Source: Candidatus Poribacteria bacterium
Lineage (GTDB): Bacteria > Poribacteria > WGA-4E > WGA-3G
Length of the DNA: 64,000 nt
Direction of reading: 5' to 3'
NCBI GenBank assembly: GCA_965242965.1
Contig: OZ251518.1
Location: 4,256,001 to 4,320,000, forward strand
The notes below the pieces were generated by a model, which did not search any database, was not told the DNA's origin, and saw nothing but the letters and a program-made list of their open reading frames with translations. A program made the translations under genes and the position numbers. This document shows, in pieces, positions 28,069 to 36,279 of this stretch (its first letter is position 1; each line of letters begins with the position of its first letter).

Positions 28069-29739
28069 AGGCATCCACGTCCGCGGCGCGATGCCTTCAA
28101 CATGCGTTTTGACATCAACAACCGCCGGTTTTCCTGAAGCGAAAGCCGAATCTAAAGCACCCGCAAGTTCACTCGGTTTGTTGACGGTCACCCCGAAACA
28201 ACCCATAGACTCAGCCATTTTGGCGAAGTCGGCATCCGGGAAAAGCCAGAGCTCATCGGAACCAGCGGTGCGCCCGCCATAAACGGACTCAACGCCGCCT
28301 TGTTCCTGATTCAATGAGTGGTTATTGTTCACGACGATAACGGCGTTAATCCCACATTTCATCGCAGTGTCCAATTCGGTCAGATGATACCAGATGCCGC
28401 CATCGCCGGTGAAGCAAAGCACCGGGCGTTCGGGTGCCGCGCACTTCGCGCCGAATGCCGCCGGAAGCCCCCACCCAAGCGAACCGGAACAACGGATAAA
28501 AATCTGCTCCGGATGTTTCAGATCTATCATTGTCCCAGTCCATATACCGGAATGTCCGGTGTCCGAGACGAGTATCGCGTCTGAAGGGAGATAAGTTGTC
28601 AACTCGCGACAGAGACGTTCCGGGAGCATCGGCAGCCGTTCTGAATTCACTTTTTCACTGACGCTTTCTCTCCAATTCGCCACCAATTCCTGCACGCGAG
28701 AGCCCCAGGCGGTGCGCTGTTGCGCGGTTTCGGCGGCATCAATCATGCGGCGCAGCGTATTTCTGACATCGCCTTGCATCCCCAACCGAATCGGGTAATT
28801 CCGTCCCAGTTCGTCTGGATTGATGTCAAGTTGGATAATAGGGGTGCCTTGTGGCGGAATGTTGTAGCCGTTGGTAACTTGTCCGCCTGTATGGCTGCCG
28901 ATGAAGAAAACCAGGTCTGCCTCACAAACGGCTTGGTTGGCACAGGCGCGCGAGTATGAGCCGGGAACCCCGACTGCAAGCGGATGGTCTGACGGAAACA
29001 TCGCCTTCGCATTCAAAGAGGTTGCGACAGGAATAGAGAGTTTTTCTGCGAGAGTTATCAATTCGGCGCGCGCGTCGGAAGTGGTTACGCCGCCGCCAGC
29101 CACGATAATAGGACGTTCGGCCTCGGCGAGCAGCTTGAGAGCCGCCGCTATTTTTTCTCCCTCTGCTTCAGGACGGAATGGCGGCAACTGCGCAAACCCC
29201 TCTTCAACGACAACCTCCAATTCACCTTCCCTGTCGATGACAGCAGAGCCGGCAATTCCTTCCAGATCGAGATGAACGGGGCCCGGGGTGCCGGATGTGG
29301 CCACCCGAAATGCCTGCCGCAAATAGAAGGGGAGTTGTTCCGGCGTGGCGACAAACGCGCTGTATTTCGTTACTGCAGAGAATGGATTACCGTGGTCTAC
29401 TTCTTGATACGCGTGTCGTTGCTGGTTGCGTTGGTTCTCTCGTCCCGTTAGCGCGATGACTGGGGAGCAGGCGAGATACGCGTCTTGCAGTCCGGCGGCA
29501 AGGTTCAGCGCGCCGACAGACTGAGCCATACAAAGGCTAGGCGCGCGTTTCACGCGGGCGTAAGCGTCCGCCATATAGGCGGCAGCCTTTTCACCGTGCG
29601 TCTGCACGCGTTTTATCCCCAAATTTTCCATTTCCATCAAGGCTCTGGGGCCAATATAGGGCATAAAGAAGACGTGCGTGATTCCGTAGCCGTGGACAGT
29701 CTCGGCGATAAATCGGGCACCTGTCATGTTCGGCATCAT
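28063..29739 (-). CDS. Thiamine diphosphate-dependent enzyme (acetolactate synthase large subunit-like)
   Basis: HGEKAAAYMADAYAR, PGPVHLDL, GSLGWGLPAAFGAK, ThDP motif GDGG..NN; substrate unknown. Confidence 0.9.
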   Translation of the reverse strand: MMPNMTGARFIAETVHGYGITHVFFMPYIGPRALMEMENLGIKRVQTHGEKAAAYMADAYARVKRAPSLCMAQSVGALNLAAGLQDAYLACSPVIALTGRENQRNQQRHAYQEVDHGNPFSAVTKYSAFVATPEQLPFYLRQAFRVATSGTPGPVHLDLEGIAGSAVIDREGELEVVVEEGFAQLPPFRPEAEGEKIAAALKLLAEAERPIIVAGGGVTTSDARAELITLAEKLSIPVATSLNAKAMFPSDHPLAVGVPGSYSRACANQAVCEADLVFFIGSHTGGQVTNGYNIPPQGTPIIQLDINPDELGRNYPIRLGMQGDVRNTLRRMIDAAETAQQRTAWGSRVQELVANWRESVSEKVNSERLPMLPERLCRELTTYLPSDAILVSDTGHSGIWTGTMIDLKHPEQIFIRCSGSLGWGLPAAFGAKCAAPERPVLCFTGDGGIWYHLTELDTAMKCGINAVIVVNNNHSLNQEQGGVESVYGGRTAGSDELWLFPDADFAKMAESMGCFGVTVNKPSELAGALDSAFASGKPAVVDVKTHVEGIAPRTWMPT

Positions 29740-29871
29740 GTTCCCTCCAAGTATGAATCGTGTAAACACTTTAGCAGAAGTCCTGAATTTTCGCAAATCG
29801 CGACTTAAAATGTTTGAATAGAAAAAATTGTTGTAATTAAGTATCAAATTGTGGTATCATTTTAATTAAAA

Positions 29872-30373
29872 TGAGGGTGTTTCATATTTCGATGCCTCTG
29901 GGGTAGGCGAGACCTCCCTCCGTCCGTAGCGCGGGGGCCTGTCCCCCGCGATCGTTGGGATGCGCGGACGCTGGCGAGGGACAGGCCCTCGCCCTACGGT
30001 GAAAGTGGGCTTTTCTCCGTCCGTAGCGCGGGGGCCTGTCCCCCGCGATTGTTGGGATGCGCGTGCATGAACGATGGCGAGGGACAGGCCCTCGCTACGG
30101 TGCGGGGGTGGCGTTTTTTATCGTAGCGCGGGGGCCTGTCCCCCGCGATCGTTAGATTGCGCGTGCACGCACGATGGCGAGAAAACCCGAGACGTTTTTT
30201 CCGTAGCGGGAACGATGGCGAGGGACAGGCCCTCGCCCTACGATGAAGGGGGGGCTTTCTGCCGCCGCTGCTCCGGTCGGCGCGCCACCCTATTGCATCG
30301 AGACCAGGAGGTCTCTCCTACTAGGAAAACGGAAGCGTTCGGGGTGTCACGAAACCATTTTTTACAACAACGA
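29872..30373. repeat. Composite REP/MITE-like cluster
   Basis: Starts TGAGGGTGTTTCATA; several A/B hairpins; its 3' block is shared with about 44730-44872. Confidence 0.85.
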
Positions 30374-30408
30374 GTTCTGCTAATATGTTTCAAAGAGGAA
30401 ATCAAGTT

Positions 30409-31971
30409 ATGAAGATATGGCGCGTAGGAATGTTAATATGTCTCGCCTGTCTCGTCGCGATGTCGGCGGCGGCGGAGGTGAGTTACCACGGACAGATTGT
30501 CCCGATTCTTAAGCGGAGTTGCCAAGGGTGCCACCACCCAGGCGATGCGAATGGCGATTTTATTGTGACGACATACGCCGAGCTCACGCGCGGCGGCATG
30601 GCAGGCGCGGCAATCATACCGGGGCAGCCAGATGAGAGTCTCCTCATCAAACTCATCTCTGGCGATGAGCCCGCGATGCCGCAGAATCAAGAGCCGCTGT
30701 CCGCTGAAGAAGTGGCATTTTTCCGGCAATGGATTCTGGAAGGCGCGCGCGACGATACGCCCACGGAAGTTGACGATTTAGGCGAGGGAAATTATCCTGT
30801 CTACACAGTGCCGCCTGTCGTTTCCGCGCTGGCGTATTCACCCGATGGCGGAACATTGGCAGTGTCCGGTGTCCGCGAGGTGCTGTTGTATGACACAACA
30901 CATTTTGAACTGAAGGCGCGGTTAGTCGGTAAGGCGCGCCGCATTCAGTCGCTCACGTATGCTGTCGATGGGAAACTCTTGGGCGTTGCAGGCGGCTCCC
31001 CTGCGCAATTCGGCGAAGTGCAATTGTGGGATACGGAGACAAATACCCTCGTCAAGGCGATACGTGCGAGTTATGATACCGTATATGGGCTTTCGTTTTC
31101 ACCAGATGCGAGTCGCATCGCATTCGGGTGTTCGGACCAGACAGTGCGCGTGCTCTCTGTTGCAGATGAGAAAGAACTGGTTAAATTTGATAACCACGGC
31201 GACTGGGTTTTCGGTACCATTTTCTCCACAGACGGCACGCATTTCGTGAGTTGCGGCCGCGACACCGCACTCAAACTCGTTGAAGTAGACACCGGCTCTT
31301 TCGTTGACGACATCAACTCCAGCAATAAGGGATACGGCGAGATAAATACCCTCGCGCGGCACCCCTCGGCGGACGAAGTATTGAGCGGCGGCGAGGACAG
31401 AATTCCGAGACGTTACAAAATCTTCCGCGAAATCCGACGCGACGTTGGGAACACTGACTTTAACCTCATCAAGGCGTATGAGGCGCAATCCGGTTCAATT
31501 GAGGCTGTCGCGTTTTCTGCCGATGGGAGTCTGTTTGCCGCGGGTAATGCCGGCGGTGAAGTGCGCGTCTATAACGTAGAAGATGGCACGCGCGTCGCAT
31601 CAATACGCGGCGATACTGTCGGCGTTTTCGCTGTCGCTTTTCATCCGGAAGGCACGCAACTCGCCGTGGGCGGTTTTGATGGAAAGGTTCGTGTCTTCGC
31701 TCCGAGTTCAGGAAAATTAATCACGGCGTTTATGTCTGTGCCGATAGAGGCTTCTGCCAGCGAAGATGTCGCCTTAACCGTCAGCGGCATGACGTGAGGG
31801 GCGTGTGTAACGAAAGTGCAGGATGCACTGACAAACCTCCAAGACGTTATCAGCGTCAAAGTTTCGCTGCCAGACCGGGCTGTCATTAAGGTTCGGAAAA
31901 ATGCTGTCTCTGCCGCGGATTTGGCGGATGTCATCAAGGCGACAGGATTTAGCGCAACCGCTAGTCAATGA
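30409..31971 (+). CDS. Exported planctomycete-type cytochrome c + WD40 propeller + C-terminal HMA domain; probable selenoprotein (Sec at TGA 31795-31797)
   Basis: Signal peptide, CQGCH heme motif with distal MP, WD40 blades; in-frame VSGMT-TGA-GACVTKVQDALTNLQDVISVKVSL..VSAADLADVIKATGFSA to TGA 31969-31971. The ORF track stops at 31797. Confidence 0.85.
31815..31829 (+). promoter_or_regulatory. Putative bacterial SECIS hairpin
   Basis: AGTGCA-GGA-TGCACT, loop G 23 nt after the UGA; resembles the upper stem-loop of the E. coli fdhF SECIS (UUGCAGGUCUGCAC). Confidence 0.7.
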
Positions 31972-32678
31972 GGTATGAGAGAATGAACACTGACATTCAC
32001 CGCCTTGCGGAGGAAGGAATACCCCTGCCTGACAATGTCACCATGACGTTGGAGGAGTTCCTTGAAAACGATGTAGAGGGGTATGAATACGCTGAGGGGA
32101 AATTGGTGCCGAAGCATCCACTCCCTCCCCACTTTGAGCACGAAGGCGTTCCGCCTAAACAGATCAAAATGACGTTGGAGGAGTTCCTTGAAAACGATGT
32201 AGAAGGATACGAATACGTCAAAGGAGAATTAGTGCCGATGCCCGGTACATCTAGGGAACACGGAGAAATTAGCGTCAATGTCATTCGGCATTTGGATGCA
32301 CATGTTTATCAGCATCAATTGGGACGCTTGTATACAGCGGATACGACGTTCCAAGTCGGGGAACGCGTTATGAAGCCGGATGTCGCATTTGTCGCCACGG
32401 AACGCTTGACCGGAGACAAAAAGAAAGGGTTACCGATTCCGCCGGACTTGGCGGTAGAGGTGATTTCGCCATCAGATGTGCTATCTCGCATCGTTGAAAA
32501 GGCGTTCAGCTACTTGGCCGCTGGCACCCGAGTCGTCTGGGTTATCGAACCTACCGCGAAAACGGTAACGGTATACCGTTCGGAGACGGACATCACCTTG
32601 CTCCAGCGCGACGATACGCTCACCTGCGAAGATGTCGTTGAAGGATTCTCTTGCCCGGTGGCGCAACTTTTTGAATAA
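31968..32678 (+). CDS. Uma2 (DUF820) family PD-(D/E)XK endonuclease-like protein with duplicated N-terminal motif
   Basis: YEYVKGELVPMP..HGEI, KPDVAFV, PDLAVEVISPSD, YLAAGTRVVWVIEP. Start is 31968 (ATGA overlap with the readthrough stop) or 31983. Confidence 0.9.
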   Translation: MRYERMNTDIHRLAEEGIPLPDNVTMTLEEFLENDVEGYEYAEGKLVPKHPLPPHFEHEGVPPKQIKMTLEEFLENDVEGYEYVKGELVPMPGTSREHGEISVNVIRHLDAHVYQHQLGRLYTADTTFQVGERVMKPDVAFVATERLTGDKKKGLPIPPDLAVEVISPSDVLSRIVEKAFSYLAAGTRVVWVIEPTAKTVTVYRSETDITLLQRDDTLTCEDVVEGFSCPVAQLFE

Positions 32679-32681
32679 CTT

Positions 32682-34154
32682 ATGACTACTAACACGCCAA
32701 ACATCCTCTGGCTCTGCACAGACCAGCAACGTTACGATACCATCGGCGCGCTCGGTAATCCGCACGTCGCAACGCCGAACATCGATAGCCTCGTCGCGGA
32801 AGGTGTCGCCTTTACGCACGCCTACTGCCAGAGCCCGATATGCACGCCGAGTCGCGCCAGTTTCCTCACCGGGATGTACCCGAGTGCTGTTCACGCGAAC
32901 GGCAACGGGAACGATTTCTTTCCCGATACCTATCCGCTCGTCACGCGCACGCTTGCAGATGCAGGATACGATTGCGGACTCATCGGCAAACTTCATCTCG
33001 CAAGCGCGCACCGGCGGGTTGAACCGAGAGTGAACGACGGCTACCGCTATTGGCAGTATAGCCACGCGCCACGCGATGACTGGGATGTCGGACACGATTA
33101 TGCGGATTGGGTGCGCTCCAAGGGTTATGTCCTCGGCGAACTGACGCAGGATGCGAGAGGCGTGCCTGCCGAGCTGCATCAGACAACGTGGTGCGCCGAA
33201 AAGACAATTGAGTTCATCCGCGAAGAACGTGACTGCCCATGGCTAGCGAGTGTCAATATCTATGATCCGCACCCGCCGTTCAACCCGCCGCAGACGCATC
33301 GCGAACGGTTTGAGCCGGGGCAAATGCCGCCACCACTCTTCCGTGATAGCGATTTAGAGCAGCATCGGCGATTGCAGAAAGTTGACTTCCAGTCGAAGGG
33401 CAGAACACCCGATAACTTGGACATACGGAGTCCTATCTTGCCGCACGCGCCGCTTTCTCGCGCAGGAACGCGACGCGACGATGGGGCAAATCCAGAACCG
33501 CGCCGAGACGCACAAACCCTCAAAGCCGCCTATTACGCGATGATCCAACTCATTGACGAACAGGTAGGACGGATGCTGGAGGTGCTAGAAGAGACGGGAC
33601 AGCGCGACAACACCCTCATCATTTTCACCAGCGACCACGGTGAAACCCTCGGGGACCACGGGCTTATCCAAAAAGGATGCCGCTTTTATGAGGGACTCGT
33701 GCGGGTGCCGCTTATCTTCTCGTGGCCAGGGAAAATCGCCAGCGGCCTGAAAAGCGACGCGCTCGTTGAACTTACCGACAAAGCACCCACGTTGTTGGAA
33801 GCGGCGGGATTACCCGTGCCAGGCTGGATGCAAGGCAGAACGCTCATACCTATCCTCACCGGCACCGCGGATGCAAGCCATCACCGTAATTTCGTTCGAT
33901 GCGAATACTACGATGCGGTTAATTTACCAGACCACTCTTTCGCAACGATGTATCGGGATGAGCGTTACAAGTTAGTAGTGTATCACGGACACGAAGAGGG
34001 GGAACTCTACGATTTGGCGGCGGACCCGGGTGAGTTTGATAACCTCTGGCATACCCCGGAGAATCAGGCTCTTAAGTTGGAGTTGTTGAAGCGCAGTTTT
34101 GATGCCTCCATGTTCGCCATGGATAGGGGACCACGGCGAGTGGGGCCGATGTAA
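32682..34154 (+). CDS. Formylglycine-dependent sulfatase (S1 family)
   Basis: PNILWLCTDQQR, CTPSRASFLTG (CxPxR), GKLH, DPHPPF, TSDHGE, ELYDL..DPGE. Confidence 0.95.
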   Translation: MTTNTPNILWLCTDQQRYDTIGALGNPHVATPNIDSLVAEGVAFTHAYCQSPICTPSRASFLTGMYPSAVHANGNGNDFFPDTYPLVTRTLADAGYDCGLIGKLHLASAHRRVEPRVNDGYRYWQYSHAPRDDWDVGHDYADWVRSKGYVLGELTQDARGVPAELHQTTWCAEKTIEFIREERDCPWLASVNIYDPHPPFNPPQTHRERFEPGQMPPPLFRDSDLEQHRRLQKVDFQSKGRTPDNLDIRSPILPHAPLSRAGTRRDDGANPEPRRDAQTLKAAYYAMIQLIDEQVGRMLEVLEETGQRDNTLIIFTSDHGETLGDHGLIQKGCRFYEGLVRVPLIFSWPGKIASGLKSDALVELTDKAPTLLEAAGLPVPGWMQGRTLIPILTGTADASHHRNFVRCEYYDAVNLPDHSFATMYRDERYKLVVYHGHEEGELYDLAADPGEFDNLWHTPENQALKLELLKRSFDASMFAMDRGPRRVGPM

Positions 34155-34166
34155 ATCGAAACAACA

Positions 34167-34943
34167 ATGATGCTTAAACCCAACACTATCCATTGCGGCG
34201 ACGCGTTTGAGCTCCTTGAATCGGTGGAAGATGCATCGGTAGATGTGATTGTCTGCGATGGTCCTTACGGTGTAACGCACCATGCGTGGGACAAAATCGC
34301 CTCAATTCAGGAGTTTAACCTCACGCTGATTGAACGTTTCACACCGAAGTTGAAAGAGGGCGGCGCACTCTATCTCTTCGGGAAACCGGACTGCGTTGAC
34401 TTCATTGACTATCGGCAGTTCTTAACGCTGCGCGCGAAGATCGTCTGGTATCAACCCAGTCGGCTGGCGCAAGGCAGGATTAACTACACGAATAACTACG
34501 ACATCATCTGCTATTTCATCAAAGGCAAACGCCCGCGGTGCTATAACCTTGATGAGATTCGGGTGGAGCAACTTGTAGAATTAGCACATCGGCACCGGTG
34601 CGAACGGGTGCCTTCTGTCGCAGATGGCACGTTTGGGAAAACCAAATTCAATGCGAAGGGGAAGAATCCGGGCGATGTCTGGGGCGATATTAAGCAGTTG
34701 ACTTACAAATCAAAGGAGCTCGTCAGCAGAGAGATGCTCAACACGATTCAGAAGCCTGAGAAGTTGATTGAGCGGCTGGTGTTAGCGAGTTCATCACCGG
34801 GCGATTTGGTGTTGGATCCGTTTGCTGGCGTAGGCACGTGTCCTGTCGTCTGCAAGCGGCACCTTCGGAATTTCATCGCTTTTGAGATTGAACCCGATTT
34901 CGTGAAAATAGGGCGAGCCCGGCTTAGCAGCATCCGCTGCTAA
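34167..34943 (+). CDS. N4-C/N6-A DNA methyltransferase (beta class), orphan
   Basis: Motif IV variant VCDGPY, TIQKPEKLIERLV, motif I VLDPFAGVGT. Confidence 0.88.
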   Translation: MMLKPNTIHCGDAFELLESVEDASVDVIVCDGPYGVTHHAWDKIASIQEFNLTLIERFTPKLKEGGALYLFGKPDCVDFIDYRQFLTLRAKIVWYQPSRLAQGRINYTNNYDIICYFIKGKRPRCYNLDEIRVEQLVELAHRHRCERVPSVADGTFGKTKFNAKGKNPGDVWGDIKQLTYKSKELVSREMLNTIQKPEKLIERLVLASSSPGDLVLDPFAGVGTCPVVCKRHLRNFIAFEIEPDFVKIGRARLSSIRC

Positions 34944-35320
34944 CCGTAGGCGAGGGCCCTCGGATGCCACACGCGCATCCGAGCGGGTTCCCCTCGTCAG
35001 CGTTGGGTATCGCTAGAGATCGCGGGGGACAGGCCCCCGCGCTACGGTAACGGGACGGTTTTTGAGCCGAAGAACGGCCCCTCCTCACCGTAGGGCGAGC
35101 GATCGCGGGGGACAGGCCCCCGCGCTACGGTAACGGGACGGTTTCTGAGCCGAAGAACGGCCCCTCCTCACCGTAGGGCGAGGGCCTGTCCCTCGCCATG
35201 CTGCGGGCTACCGAACGATCGCGGGGGACAGGCCCCCGCGCTACGATAAAAAAATCCCTTTCACCGTAGGGCGAGGGCCCTCGCATGCCACACGCGCATC
35301 CGAGCGGGTTTCCCTCGCCA
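34944..35320. repeat. REP cluster with an 83-bp tandem duplication
   Basis: About 35018-35099 repeats at about 35101-35182. Confidence 0.9.
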
Positions 35321-35378
35321 ACTTTAGACGCGACAAAAAAGGCAAATTTGCCTCTTGGACTGCATTGGAGAAGAAAAA

Positions 35379-36203
35379 ATGCAACGAAAATTTATTTTTT
35401 GTTTGACTTTTTTGCTGCTTTTTGGTATTATTAATGCCAACGATGCAGCAGTAGAAGTCGGCTTTATTTATCTTGGCGAGAAAGGACCGTTTACGTCGCC
35501 TGCGTTGGAATTTGCCGAAAAGGCATTCCAAACCACGCAGCTGGCGAAGAATGACCTGAAGAGCAACACGTTTAAACAGTACGGAGTCGTCTGGTGGCAC
35601 GAAGGCGACAGCGACCCGGGTGAATTGTCCAACGCGGAAATCGATGCGTTCGTGGACTATGCCGAAAGCGGCGGTGCTCTCCTCTTAACGGGATGGGCAA
35701 TTCGTTACGCTACGCCGATGGGACTCGAAAAAGCGGAAGCGCGCGCATTCGGGCCCGTTGCAGAAGATGGAGTTAACGTCGGCATTACCGTACTGAAAGA
35801 GACGGTCGAACTTGGATTAGTAGAGGGCCTTGAGAACCTTGATGGGAAGGCACCGCAGATCGACGATAGAATTCAGGTTAATTCCACCGGCTTTCCGAAA
35901 AGCGGCGACTACTACGACAAAATTTGGAAGGATTTCATTACCCTCGCCAACGCTTGGGGTCCGCCCGCGAATGACTGGGGCGACAGGATTGCCGCCTTCG
36001 GCTACTGGGAAGCCGGCGATGGGAAAGTGTTCAATATGAACTGGCGGCTCCCGAACTATCATAAGAACAACAAGGATATCGAACAACTGGAACGACTTAC
36101 CGAGAACGTTATCAATTGGTTAGCAAGTGAATCTGAATTCGCTGACGTATCCCCCGGCGGCAAGTTGCCGATAGTCTGGGGGAATTTGAAAGACCGGAAG
36201 TAG
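35379..36203 (+). CDS. Secreted GATase-fold-like hypothetical protein with C-terminal tag
   Basis: Signal peptide; YGVVWWHEGD, FVDYAESGGALLLTG, GDGKVF; ends VSPGGKLPIVWGNLKDRK. Confidence 0.65.
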   Translation: MQRKFIFCLTFLLLFGIINANDAAVEVGFIYLGEKGPFTSPALEFAEKAFQTTQLAKNDLKSNTFKQYGVVWWHEGDSDPGELSNAEIDAFVDYAESGGALLLTGWAIRYATPMGLEKAEARAFGPVAEDGVNVGITVLKETVELGLVEGLENLDGKAPQIDDRIQVNSTGFPKSGDYYDKIWKDFITLANAWGPPANDWGDRIAAFGYWEAGDGKVFNMNWRLPNYHKNNKDIEQLERLTENVINWLASESEFADVSPGGKLPIVWGNLKDRK

Positions 36204-36279
36204 GGAGACAGGGACATGTTTTCAAAAAAACGGAGCAAGCGCGCCGGGCATGTCCCGACTCACCTATTTGGAGGATACC

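Noticed and set aside
31795-31797. TGA as a true stop or pseudogenising nonsense mutation
   Set aside because: Its exact position at the HMA Cys, the intact downstream frame, the SECIS-like hairpin and the ATGA overlap favour Sec. Other genes here end in TGA, so genome-wide TGA reassignment is also unlikely.
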